This document shows, piece by piece, positions 23,486 through 32,000 of a DNA stretch of 32,000 bases. The DNA is from Pseudodesulfovibrio mercurii (GTDB lineage Bacteria; Desulfobacterota; Desulfovibrionia; Desulfovibrionales; Desulfovibrionaceae): contig NC_016803.1 of NCBI RefSeq assembly GCF_000189295.2, positions 1,410,001 through 1,442,000 on the forward strand, in the 5' to 3' direction. The position numbers were made by a program, and so were the translations under genes. The notes beneath the pieces are model-generated. The model was not told where the DNA came from. It made no database searches and saw only the letters and a list, made by a program, of their open reading frames with translations. Positions within the stretch are counted from its first letter, which is position 1. Every line of letters starts with the position of its first letter.

Positions 23486-24862
23486 CTACAGGACGAGTTC
23501 GAATTTCGTCTCCGGATCGTCGCGGTCCTTACGATCCAGCAGCAGATCCAGGATCTTCTCGAGAAGCCTGAGTCCGCCCTTGTAGCCGACTGTCGGGAAG
23601 TACTGGTGGCCCTGGCGGTCCAGGATGGGGAAGCCCCAGCGCAGCAGCGGGATGTCTTCGTCCCGGGCGATGTACTTGCCGTAGGTGTTGCCGATGAGCA
23701 GGTCGACCGGCTCGTTCTTGATCCACTGGTGCATCAGGAACATGTCGCCCTTGGCCTTGACCTTGACCTCGAAGGGCTGGCCTTCGCAGATCTCCTTGAT
23801 GCGGCGCTCGAAGGCCTTGCCCGGGGTGCCGGTGACCACGTAGACGGGCTGCATGTCCAGGGAGACCAGGAACTCGCACATGGAGATGAGCTGGTCCGGA
23901 TCGCCCCAGATGGCCACGCGCTTGCCGTAGAAGTACTGGTGCATGTCGGAGATCATGTCCACCAGCTGGCCGCGCTCGAGGTTCACGGACTCGGGCACGG
24001 ACACGCCGGCCACGGTGCGCAGGACGTCGATGAAGCGGTCGGTGGCGGCCAGGCCGAAGGGCATGTCCAGCACGGTGCACGGGACCTTGCACTTGGCGTC
24101 GAGCCAGCGGGCGGCGTCTGCCGAACACCATTCGCCGAGGGCCAGGGTGCCGAGCGCGTCGCCGGTCTTCTTGAGTTCCTCGATGGTCACGCCGCCGTCG
24201 GGGAACATCTTGTATTCGCCGGTCAGGGGGGCGTTGAGCACGCCGTCGGTGTCCGGGAACAGGGTGATGTCCACGCCGACCATGGCGCACAGCCGCTTGA
24301 TCTCGCCCATGTCGGAGGGTTCGACCCAGCCGGGGATGACGTTGACCTTGTGGCTCTTGTGGCCCGAGGGCTCGGCCAGCATGGCCATGGACTTGACCAT
24401 GTTGGAGAAGCCGGTCACGTGGGAGCCCACGTAGCTCGGGGTGGAGGCGCCGACCAGGGTCTTGCCGGCCGGGACCTTGCCTTCCTTCTGAGCCTTGTCG
24501 AAGATCTGGTTCAGATCGTCGCCGATGGTCTCGGACAGGCAGGTGGTGTGCACGGCGATCACTTCCGGGTCGTAGACCGTGAAGATGTTGTTGATCGCCT
24601 GGAGCAGGTTGGCGTGGCCGCCGAAGACGGACGCGCCTTCCGTGAACGAGCTGGTGGACGCGGACACGGGCTCCTTATAGTGCCGGGTCAGGGCCGAGCG
24701 GTGGTAGGCGCAGCAGCCCTGGGAGCCGTGGGAGTGCGGCAGGCAGCCGTGGATGCCGAGCGCGGCGTACATGGCGCCGATGGGCTGGCACGTCTTGGCC
24801 GGATTGATGGTCAGCGACTTGCGCTCCATCACTTCAACGGGGGTATGTCTGAGTAATGCCAT
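23486..24862 (-). CDS. nifK: Nitrogenase MoFe protein beta chain
   Basis: 458 aa (the short NifK form of anaerobe-type nitrogenases). Sequence includes TINPAKTCQPIGAMYAALGIHGCLPHSHGSQGCCAY.... The RBS is AAGGAAGGAAG. It follows nifD by 15 nt. Confidence 0.95.
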   Translation of the reverse strand: MALLRHTPVEVMERKSLTINPAKTCQPIGAMYAALGIHGCLPHSHGSQGCCAYHRSALTRHYKEPVSASTSSFTEGASVFGGHANLLQAINNIFTVYDPEVIAVHTTCLSETIGDDLNQIFDKAQKEGKVPAGKTLVGASTPSYVGSHVTGFSNMVKSMAMLAEPSGHKSHKVNVIPGWVEPSDMGEIKRLCAMVGVDITLFPDTDGVLNAPLTGEYKMFPDGGVTIEELKKTGDALGTLALGEWCSADAARWLDAKCKVPCTVLDMPFGLAATDRFIDVLRTVAGVSVPESVNLERGQLVDMISDMHQYFYGKRVAIWGDPDQLISMCEFLVSLDMQPVYVVTGTPGKAFERRIKEICEGQPFEVKVKAKGDMFLMHQWIKNEPVDLLIGNTYGKYIARDEDIPLLRWGFPILDRQGHQYFPTVGYKGGLRLLEKILDLLLDRKDRDDPETKFELVL

Positions 24863-24877
24863 GGTTCTCTTCCTTCC

Positions 24878-26515
24878 TTATTCCCACACAAAGGTGCCGG
24901 TGAGTTCGGGAGACTTCTGCCAGGGGGCCTCCGTGTAGGACCAGACCTTGCTGCTCACGAGGCGATCGACCGTCTTGTAGAAGTTGATCGCGCCCTTGAA
25001 GCCCGCGAAGGGTCCGCCGTAGTCGTAGCTGTGCAGCTGGAGCATGGGCACACCGTTCTTCTGGATGGAGTACTTCTCCTTGATGCCGGCGCAGAAGATG
25101 TCCGGCTTGTAGAGCTCCACCAGCTTTTCGGCCTCGTACTGGTTGAGGTCGTCGATGACGATGGTGCCGTTGCCCATCTGCTCGTTCATGCCGTCGTAGT
25201 CCTTGAACTCGAAGCCGGAATCCTCCATGGCCTTGATCTGCTCGGGGGACTTGCGCGGGTTGTAGAGTTCCGGATCGGCCGAGACCTCGATCTCCTCGAT
25301 GTTGCGGGAGTCGGCGTCCGGGACCAGTTCCGGGATGACCCGGCGGCCTTCATAGTCGTCGCGGTGGGCGAACTCATACCCTGCGGACAGGGTCTTCATG
25401 CCCAGCTCGGTGAACAGGTCCTGGTAGTGATGGGCGCGGGAACCGCCGACGAACAGCATGGCGGTCTTGCCCTGGGTGTGCGGCTTGTGCGCGGCCAGGG
25501 CGGCCTCGACGTCCTTCATCTCCTCGGCGATGACCTCTTCGATGCGGTCGATGAGCTTCTGGTTGCCGAAGTACTCGCCGATCTTGCGCAGGGACTTGGC
25601 CGCGGACTTGGCGCTGATGAAGTTCACCTTGAACCACGGGATGCCGTACTTGGTCTCCATCATGTCGGCCACGTAGTTGATGGACCGGTGGCACATGACC
25701 AGGTTCAGATCGGCGTGGTGGGCCCGGGCGAACTGGTCGTAGGACGAGTTGCCGGAGAAGGTGGACAGGCAGGTGATGCCGCACTTCTTGAAGATGCGGT
25801 CGATCTCGAAGCCGTCGCCGCCGATGTTGTACTCGCCGAGCAGGTTGATCTTGAACTCGCCGTCCTGTTCCTTCTGCTCCTCGCCCACCAGGTGGGTGAA
25901 GACCTGGTTGTTGGCGATGTGGTGGCCGGCGGACTGGGAAACGCCCTTGTAGCCCTCGCAGGAGAAGGCGAACACGTTGCAGTCCCCGAACTTCTCCTTC
26001 ATCTTCCTGGACACGGCATGGATGTCGTCGCCGATCAGGCCCACCGGGCAGGTGGCGAAGACGCAGATGCCCTTGGGATGGAGCAGGTCGTAGGCCTCCT
26101 GGATGGCGGCCGCGAGCTTCTTCTCGCCGCCGAAGATGATGTCCTGGTCCTGCATGTCCGTGGAGAAGCAGTAGGGCATGTAGTTGGCGCCGTCCGGACC
26201 GGGGTCGGTCTGGTTGCGGCGGGTCAGCCAGGAGTAGAATCCGCAGCCGATGGGGCCGTGGGTGATGTTCACGATGTCGCGGGTCGGGCCCATGATGACG
26301 CCCTTGCAGCCTGCGTAGGTGCAGCCCCGCATGGTGATGATGCCAGGGATGGTGCGGACGTTGGCCAGAATCTCCGGCGGCGAGTCGCTCCCCGTGGCTT
26401 CGTTGATCATGATCTGCTTGGCGCGCTTGCGGGCCACCTTCGGAGGATACTTGGAAAGGATATCTTCCTTCACGTCGGTGGGCGTGAGCTGCACGAGCTT
26501 TTTCGTCTTGGCCAT
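24878..26515 (-). CDS. nifD: Nitrogenase MoFe protein alpha chain
   Basis: The start is placed at the ATG at 26515 (MAKTKKLVQL...), preceded by GAAGGAGA. The track start at 26533 is a TTG inside that RBS region. The cofactor-ligand contexts are present (LNLVMCHRS and QLHSYDYGGPFAGFKG). At 545 aa it is the long NifD form typical of anaerobes. Confidence 0.95.
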   Translation of the reverse strand: MAKTKKLVQLTPTDVKEDILSKYPPKVARKRAKQIMINEATGSDSPPEILANVRTIPGIITMRGCTYAGCKGVIMGPTRDIVNITHGPIGCGFYSWLTRRNQTDPGPDGANYMPYCFSTDMQDQDIIFGGEKKLAAAIQEAYDLLHPKGICVFATCPVGLIGDDIHAVSRKMKEKFGDCNVFAFSCEGYKGVSQSAGHHIANNQVFTHLVGEEQKEQDGEFKINLLGEYNIGGDGFEIDRIFKKCGITCLSTFSGNSSYDQFARAHHADLNLVMCHRSINYVADMMETKYGIPWFKVNFISAKSAAKSLRKIGEYFGNQKLIDRIEEVIAEEMKDVEAALAAHKPHTQGKTAMLFVGGSRAHHYQDLFTELGMKTLSAGYEFAHRDDYEGRRVIPELVPDADSRNIEEIEVSADPELYNPRKSPEQIKAMEDSGFEFKDYDGMNEQMGNGTIVIDDLNQYEAEKLVELYKPDIFCAGIKEKYSIQKNGVPMLQLHSYDYGGPFAGFKGAINFYKTVDRLVSSKVWSYTEAPWQKSPELTGTFVWE

Positions 26516-26539
26516 GTATACTTTCTCCTTCAATAGGCG

Positions 26540-26914
26540 CTAAGCGATCGCCTTTTCACCGGTTTCATGGGTTCTGACGCGCACGGCGTCACCGACGGGC
26601 AGGACGAAGATCTTGCCGTCGCCGGGCTTGCCGGTCCGGTTGGCGGCCATGATGGCCTGAACCACGTCCTCCACCATGTCGTCGGGCACGACCACGGTCA
26701 CCATGCGCTTGGCGTAGAGCTTGCCCTTCTCGCCCAGCACTTCGGCCGCTTCCTCGTAGCCCTGCTCCACTCCGGAGACGATGGCCGCATTGACGAACCC
26801 CTTGCCGCGGCCCTGCGCCTCGTGGGCGAAGAAGGCATCCACACCGGCTTCGGTGAGGGCGGACTTGGTCTTGTTCATCATGTTCATGCGCACCACTGCG
26901 ATGACTTCCTTCAT
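26540..26914 (-). CDS. nifI2: PII-like nitrogenase regulator NifI2
   Basis: A GlnB-family fold with an extended T-loop (HEAQGRGKGFVNAAIVSGVEQGYEEAAEVLGEKGKLYAKR). Its ATG overlaps the nifI1 stop (TAATG at 26912-26916). It lies between nifH and nifD, as in nifI-containing clusters. Confidence 0.88.
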   Translation of the reverse strand: MKEVIAVVRMNMMNKTKSALTEAGVDAFFAHEAQGRGKGFVNAAIVSGVEQGYEEAAEVLGEKGKLYAKRMVTVVVPDDMVEDVVQAIMAANRTGKPGDGKIFVLPVGDAVRVRTHETGEKAIA

Positions 26915-27267
26915 TACGCGGCCCCCTCGCTGGCTGCGGCGGTCTCGTTGACGCCGGAGCTGATGGTGTAGACACCTTCCACTTCGGTGACGAAGATCTT
27001 GCCGTCGCCGAAGGCGCCCTTGGTGCCGGAGCGGGCGGCGTCCATGATGGTGTTGATGACGAATTCCTTGTCCTCGGCGTTGACGACGCTCATGAGCATG
27101 GTTTTGGGGATCTCGTCATAGGTGACCTCGCCGATCTTGATGCCGCGCTGCTTGCCGCGACCGGCCACGGAGTACTTGGTGACGGCGGGAAAGCCGTTGT
27201 CCATAAGGGCGGCCAACACGTCGTCCGCTTTCTCGGGCCGAACAATTGCTCGAATCATGATCATCAT
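26914..27267 (-). CDS. nifI1: PII-like nitrogenase regulator NifI1
   Basis: GlnB-family protein (MIRAIVRPEKADDVLAALMDNGFPAVTKYSVAGRGKQRG...GDGKIFV). The RBS AGGAGA lies 8 nt upstream of the first ATG. It is the first gene after nifH. Confidence 0.88.
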   Translation of the reverse strand: MMIMIRAIVRPEKADDVLAALMDNGFPAVTKYSVAGRGKQRGIKIGEVTYDEIPKTMLMSVVNAEDKEFVINTIMDAARSGTKGAFGDGKIFVTEVEGVYTISSGVNETAAASEGAA

Positions 27268-27332
27268 TTGTGGGATCTCCTATTTTCTTGCTATCTTTGG
27301 CTTTTGATTAATTTCAGCGTTAGTGACGGGAA

Positions 27333-28199
<867 letters not shown>

Positions 28200-28204
28200 C
28201 TATG

Positions 28205-28219
28205 GCAAAGGACGTGCCA
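28205..28219 (-). promoter_or_regulatory. Sigma-54 promoter of the nifH operon
   Basis: The minus strand reads TGGCAC-gtcct-TTGC (28219->28205), an essentially consensus -24/-12 element. The -12 element is about 45 nt upstream of the nifH ATG. Confidence 0.85.
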
Positions 28220-28279
28220 AACGCAAAATAACATGTCATCATGCTGTTTTTAAAGGAGAAATCAGATTGTCTACAGCAC

Positions 28280-28305
28280 TGTTGTTTCCTACGAAAAGTG
28301 TAGGT
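28280..28305. promoter_or_regulatory. Upstream palindromic repeat 1 (candidate enhancer-binding-protein site)
   Basis: TGTTGTttCCTACgaaaagtGTAGGT, an inverted CCTAC/GTAGG pair with a 7-nt spacer. Confidence 0.45.
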
Positions 28306-28329
28306 TGAGACCTCGGCTCCAGACACAAG

Positions 28330-28354
28330 TGTTGTAGCCTACAAAAACGTAGGT
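28330..28354. promoter_or_regulatory. Upstream palindromic repeat 2 (candidate enhancer-binding-protein site)
   Basis: TGTTGTagCCTACaaaaacGTAGGT. It starts exactly 50 bp after repeat 1. The pair is centred (~28318) on the midpoint between the two divergent -24 elements (~28320). Confidence 0.45.
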
Positions 28355-28421
28355 AAAATCCTCTCATTTCAGTCAAGAAATTACTTATTTTATTTCAATA
28401 TGATAGATGAAAAGTCCGCGT

Positions 28422-28436
28422 TGGCATCCTTCATGC
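28422..28436 (+). promoter_or_regulatory. Sigma-54 promoter candidate for the nifV-modB unit
   Basis: TGGCAT-ccttc-ATGC (28422-28436) has the GG and GC at correct spacing. It lies 48 nt upstream of the ATG at 28484. Confidence 0.55.
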
Positions 28437-28483
28437 TCAAGGGAAGGCAGGATCATCGACAACCATACAAGAGGACAAAGCAC

Positions 28484-29578
28484 ATGTTGATCGACACCAC
28501 ACTCAGGGAAGGAGCGCAGCTCTTCGGGGCCTACTTCTCCATGGAGGCCCGGGAACGGATCGTGTCCGGCTTGCTGTCCATCGGCGTGGACGAGATCGAG
28601 CTGGGCTGGGTCGGCCAGGAGGGCCTGGACGAACTCATCCATAGAATAGGGAAACGGCGCGGCCGGACCGCCCTGTCCGTCTGGTCGCCCTGCCGCGAGG
28701 CGGACATCCGCAAGGCCTCGGGCCTGAAGGTGGACCGCATCAACATCGGCGTGCCCGTTTCCGACCTGCACATCGAAAACCGACTCCGGACCGACCGCGA
28801 GGGGCTTCTGGAACGCCTGGCCCGCACCGTGCTCGCGGCCCGGCTCTTGGGGATGGATTACGTGTCCGTCGGCCTGGAGGACCTCTCCAGGGCCGACACG
28901 GACTTCGCCCTGAAGGCGGCCGGACTGGCCCAGGACGTGGGCGCGGCCCGCGTGCGCCTGTCCGACTCCCTGGGGCTGCTCACCCCGATGAAGACCGCTG
29001 AACTGGTCGCCGCCTTCCAGCGGAAACTGGACATCGACCTGGCCGTGCACTGCCACGACGACTTCGGCATGGCCACGGCCAACGCGGTCACCGCCCTGTC
29101 CAGCGGCGCGGACTACGCCGACGGCAGCGTGCTCGGCATCGGCGAACGGTCCGGCATCGCGGCCACCGAGGAGCTGGCCACCTACCTGACGCTCAAGGAG
29201 GAAAGTCATGCATACAAGGTTGAAGACCTTCGCGGCCTCTGCCATTTCGTTTCTCAAGCTGCCGGGGTGCCGATTCCCCGAACCAAGGCGATCGCGGGCA
29301 AGGACATTTTCGCTTGCGAGTCCGGCCTTCACGCGCACGCCCTCAGCAAGTCGCCTGAGCTTTTCGAGCCCTTCGATCCCGGCCGCATCGGCGCGGACCG
29401 GATGGTCGCGGTTGGCGGCAAGAGTGGGCGAGCGGCGGTCGCCCACGCCCTTGCGGACCGTGGGCTCGAGCTCCCCGAGCAGGGACTCCCGGCCCTTGTG
29501 GACGAAGTAAGGAAGCTGGCCTGGGAGCTGGAACGCCCCCTGACCGACAAGGAACTGACCAAGCTGGTCAAGAACTAG
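28484..29578 (+). CDS. nifV: Homocitrate synthase (NifV-type, HMGL-like / LeuA-family catalytic domain)
   Basis: The start is taken as the ATG at 28484 (MLIDTTLREGAQLFG...). The track start at 28400 lies upstream of the putative promoter. The metal-ligand motif is VHCHDDFGMATANA. Length (364 aa) and position next to nif genes fit NifV. The first motif reads LREGAQ rather than the more usual LRDGEQ or LREGEQ. Confidence 0.75.
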   Translation: MLIDTTLREGAQLFGAYFSMEARERIVSGLLSIGVDEIELGWVGQEGLDELIHRIGKRRGRTALSVWSPCREADIRKASGLKVDRINIGVPVSDLHIENRLRTDREGLLERLARTVLAARLLGMDYVSVGLEDLSRADTDFALKAAGLAQDVGAARVRLSDSLGLLTPMKTAELVAAFQRKLDIDLAVHCHDDFGMATANAVTALSSGADYADGSVLGIGERSGIAATEELATYLTLKEESHAYKVEDLRGLCHFVSQAAGVPIPRTKAIAGKDIFACESGLHAHALSKSPELFEPFDPGRIGADRMVAVGGKSGRAAVAHALADRGLELPEQGLPALVDEVRKLAWELERPLTDKELTKLVKN

Positions 29579-29586
29579 GAGGTTGC

Positions 29587-29724
29587 ATGTTCAAGAAGCT
29601 CATCTACGTCTGTCTGTGGCTCTGCATCCTGTCCGGCACCGCGTCCACGGCCTCTTCGCCGGCCGTGAGTCAGGCCCCGGCCTCCTTCGCGACGGCGCCC
29701 GTCCGGGCCACCCTCACCCCGTAG
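29587..29724 (+). CDS. 45-codon signal-peptide mini-ORF (possible 5' remnant of modA)
   Basis: AGGAGG (overlapping the nifV stop TAG), 4 nt, then ATG at 29587. Translation: MFKKLIYVCLWLCILSGTASTASSPAVSQAPASFATAPVRATLTP*. Stop TAG at 22-24 of line 29721 (29722-29724), 7 nt before the modB ATG. It is below the ORF-track size cut-off. It occupies the position where a mod operon would carry modA. Confidence 0.4.
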   Translation: MFKKLIYVCLWLCILSGTASTASSPAVSQAPASFATAPVRATLTP

Positions 29725-29731
29725 ACCCGGC

Positions 29732-30487
29732 ATGGACTTCACCGCGCTCCTGATCACCGGCAAGCTGGCCCTGGCGGTCACGCCCCTGCTGCTCGCCCTG
29801 TGCATGCCCCTGGCCTACTGGCTGGCCATGTCGCGCGCGCCGGGCAAACGCTTCGTCGAGGCGGCCTGCAACCTGCCCATGGTCCTGCCGCCCACGGTGC
29901 TCGGCTTCGGTCTGCTCATGGTCATGAGCCCGGCGTCCCCCTTCGGCGCGGCCTGGGAAGCCCTGTTCGGCTCTCCCCTGCCCTTTTCCTTTTCCGGGCT
30001 GGTTCTCGGTTCCCTGGCCTACAGCCTGCCCTTCGGGGTTCTGCCCATGCGCGCCGCCTTCGAGAAGATCGATCCCGGCATCGTGGAGGCGGCCCGCTGC
30101 TCGGGCATGACCCACGTCCAGGCCTTCCGCCACGTCATCCTGCCCAACGCCATGGGCGGGGTCACAGCCTCGGCCGCGCTCATCTTCGCGCACACCGTGG
30201 GCGAGTTCGGCGTGGCCCTGATGCTCGGCGGGTCCATCCCCGGCCGGACCAAGGTGGCCTCCATCGCCATCTTCGAACACACCGAGTCCCTGGAATACGG
30301 CCAGGCGGGCATGCTCTCCCTGGCCCTGCTGGTCGTGAGCTACGCGACCCTGCTTTTCATCGGACGCCACGGCCTGGCCGGACGCCCCGCACCCGCAAGG
30401 ACCCCGGCGGACGTCCGGTCCCGCCGCCGCGCCTTTCAAGATACCCAGAGAGGTTTCCATGCAGACCATATCCACGCAGTACGGTGA
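29732..30487 (+). CDS. modB: Molybdate ABC transporter permease
   Basis: CysTW/ModB-type permease (NLPMVLPPTVLGFGLLMVM, EAA-loop IVEAARCSGMTHVQAFRHVILPNA, LIFAHTVGEFGVALMLGG). It has a ~30-aa Arg-rich C-terminal tail that overlaps the next ORF by 29 nt. Confidence 0.85.
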   Translation: MDFTALLITGKLALAVTPLLLALCMPLAYWLAMSRAPGKRFVEAACNLPMVLPPTVLGFGLLMVMSPASPFGAAWEALFGSPLPFSFSGLVLGSLAYSLPFGVLPMRAAFEKIDPGIVEAARCSGMTHVQAFRHVILPNAMGGVTASAALIFAHTVGEFGVALMLGGSIPGRTKVASIAIFEHTESLEYGQAGMLSLALLVVSYATLLFIGRHGLAGRPAPARTPADVRSRRRAFQDTQRGFHADHIHAVR

Positions 30488-31313
30488 ACTGATCCCCCAA
30501 CACACCTCCGACGACTTACGCAAACGGGACATCCTGCCTGTGGAGTACCACGCCTCGGGAGTGGTCAAGTCCGTGCCCCTGGAGGAGCAGACCGTCATCG
30601 TCACCCCGATCGGCGACATCCCCGCCGAGCTGGTCTCCTTCCACGAGAACGGCACCCTGAACCGCGTCTTTCCGCTGAACGGCAAGCTCTCGGGCTACTG
30701 GAGCCAGGACGACGAGGCCGGGCTGTCCAGGCCCGTGACCCTGGCCACGCCCTTCGGCCCGATCCGCACCCGGATCATGAGCGTGGGGTTCTACGACGAC
30801 CGCAGCCTGCGCAGCCTGACCCTGTGGCCGGGCGAGACCCTGTCCGTGCCCACCCCGGCCGGACCCATGGAGGCGCGCGTCGGTGTGAGCTTCACCCGGG
30901 ACGGCCGGGTACGATCCCTGGAACCGGCCAAACCCACCGTCGTGCCCACCCGGGCGGGCGAGATGACCGCCTTCGATCCCGACGCCGTGGGCGTGAACGG
31001 AGACGTCAATTCCCTGGTCTTCGACGATGAGGGGAAGGTCTGCCGGGTGATCACCACCCTGACCAAGTTGACCGTGGTCCACCCGGACGGGCACACCGTG
31101 TGCCACGTCCCGGAACACCGGGAGAGCCTGTGCAGCGAGGCCGAACAGGAGGTGGTGCCCATGTGCGTGGAGTTCGACAGCGAGACGGTGCGCATCCGGA
31201 CCAACCCGGACAATGCGCCCCTGGTCCTGCCCGTGGAGGGACACGTCTTCTTCGCCGAGCCCTACCTGCCGCAGCTGGCCAATCCCTTCGTGGAGCTGCA
31301 CTGCTCCATCTAG
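30459..31313 (+). CDS. Hypothetical 284-aa protein built from about six degenerate ~40-aa repeats
   Basis: Recurrent [VL]xF-xxx-G/R-x-[LV]-[RK]-x-[LVI] units: VEYHASGVVKSV, VSFHENGTLNRVF, VGFYDDRSLRSLTL, VSFTRDGRVRSLE, LVFDDEGKVCRVIT, VEFDSETVRIRT. They are reminiscent of MORN-variant/YwqK-type repeats. GAGAGG lies 6 nt upstream of the ATG. Confidence 0.6.
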   Translation: MQTISTQYGELIPQHTSDDLRKRDILPVEYHASGVVKSVPLEEQTVIVTPIGDIPAELVSFHENGTLNRVFPLNGKLSGYWSQDDEAGLSRPVTLATPFGPIRTRIMSVGFYDDRSLRSLTLWPGETLSVPTPAGPMEARVGVSFTRDGRVRSLEPAKPTVVPTRAGEMTAFDPDAVGVNGDVNSLVFDDEGKVCRVITTLTKLTVVHPDGHTVCHVPEHRESLCSEAEQEVVPMCVEFDSETVRIRTNPDNAPLVLPVEGHVFFAEPYLPQLANPFVELHCSI

Positions 31314-31317
31314 GCGG

Positions 31318-32000
31318 CTATTCCAGGCCCTGCTGCATCATGAACCGGAACACGGTCTCCACGAACTTGCCGGAGACCACGTCCGCCAGGGCGAAGTGCG
31401 GCATGTCGCCGGTCACCATGGCCCCGGTGTAGGCGAACCAGATTTCCGCCGAGATCTTGCCCAGGGCGGGGGTGATCAGCGTGCCCCACAGCCCTCCCGC
31501 GTCGCTCTGGTCCAGGCCGAAGGCGCGGCACTGGATGGGCCGGTGCTCGAAAAGCCGGCACTTGCCGTCGTCGAGCAGGGGGCAGACCGAGCCGGACTCG
31601 GACAGGCAGTACTCCCCGTCCTCCCCGTCGCCCAGGTCGCGGACCGCCCTGCGCTCGGCCTGGGCTGCGGCCACGGCCCGCTCAATGACCTTGAGGCGCT
31701 CCTCGCCGGACAGCTTCTGGTTGATGCGGTGGGAGATGTACACGGCCTCGGCCAGGGTCAGGGAGACCGGGGTGGTGCAGCACTGGCTGTGATCCAGGCC
31801 GCAGGCCAGGCCGTTGACCGCCTGGCCGCTCTCATCCACCCGCTGGACCAGCTCCATGTAATCGTTGAAGAAGGGCGACAGGTCCACCAGCCGCTTGAAT
31901 TCCAGGGACGGCTCGCGCACGGTCAGCTGGCCGGACTGCTTGCCGTACTTGCGGATGGTCCGCCACTGGACGAAGTTGGCGGGCTTGCTCTTGAGCTTCT
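31318..32000 (-). CDS. YkgJ-family (CxxCxxCC-type) cysteine-cluster protein; may extend beyond the window
   Basis: LACGLDHSQCCTTP...VCPLLDDGKCRLFEHRPIQCRAF matches the zinc/iron-chelating CxxCxxCC family pattern. The first in-window start is the GTG at 31920. The frame stays open to nt 32000 (...KLKSKPANFVQWRTIRKYGKQSGQLT-VREPS...), so the true 5' end is uncertain. Confidence 0.65.
   Translation of the reverse strand, partial: KLKSKPANFVQWRTIRKYGKQSGQLTVREPSLEFKRLVDLSPFFNDYMELVQRVDESGQAVNGLACGLDHSQCCTTPVSLTLAEAVYISHRINQKLSGEERLKVIERAVAAAQAERRAVRDLGDGEDGEYCLSESGSVCPLLDDGKCRLFEHRPIQCRAFGLDQSDAGGLWGTLITPALGKISAEIWFAYTGAMVTGDMPHFALADVVSGKFVETVFRFMMQQGLE

Noticed and set aside
28220-28420. Search for a canonical NifA upstream activator sequence TGT-N10-ACA in the nifH/nifV intergenic region
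   Set aside because: I checked each TGT in the interval by eye and none is followed by ACA at the right spacing. I therefore do not annotate a canonical UAS and report the CCTAC/GTAGG repeats as the alternative candidate.
28400-28483. Track start ATG 28400 for nifV; also TTG 26533 for nifD, TTG 11463 for the ABC gene, and the extended starts 8876 (HlyD), 19068 (nifB) and 20252 (nifN)
   Set aside because: The extended N-termini lack homology-like sequence and overlap the upstream gene or a promoter. In each case a downstream ATG with a good Shine-Dalgarno begins the recognisable protein (28484, 26515, 11403, 8801, 18606, 20045).

Overview
The window is GC-rich with strong GC3 bias, and its gene content looks like a Desulfovibrio-like anaerobe (inferred from gene families only). 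I saw no rRNA, tRNA, CRISPR array, transposase or integrase. There are three blocks. (1) nt 1-11.5 kb is a type I secretion and adhesin-control module. On the plus strand it carries the 3' part of a large RTX calcium-binding protein, a second smaller protein sharing the same C-terminal secretion domain, and TolC. Converging on the minus strand are an LssB/LapB-type ABC transporter, a HlyD-type membrane fusion protein (MFP), a LapG-like transglutaminase-like cysteine protease, and a 700-aa membrane protein ending in a degenerate HD-GYP domain. The two units are separated by a 730-bp non-coding spacer full of nested inverted repeats. (2) nt 11.6-14.5 kb holds ordinary genes: a quinone oxidoreductase and a YgiQ radical SAM protein. 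(3) nt 14.7-31.3 kb is a nitrogen-fixation region. It has a NifA-like sigma-54 activator. It also has a minus-strand operon: nifH-nifI1-nifI2-nifD-nifK-(NifB paralog without the radical-SAM cysteines)-(thioredoxin-like 2Fe-2S ferredoxin)-(GNAT)-nifE-nifN-nifB-(81-aa ORF). Divergent from it is a unit of nifV-(45-codon signal-peptide mini-ORF)-modB-(repeat protein). The best novelty candidates are: (a) the cysteine-less NifB paralog embedded between nifK and nifE; (b) the Lap-like module whose inner-membrane receptor carries PAS plus a degenerate HD-GYP instead of GGDEF-EAL; (c) two divergent sigma-54 promoters sharing non-canonical tandem palindromes where the TGT-N10-ACA NifA site is absent; (d) the repeat-laden spacers at 3.87-4.44 kb and 16.70-16.91 kb. 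All functional calls come from reading motifs in the supplied translations. No database search was run.
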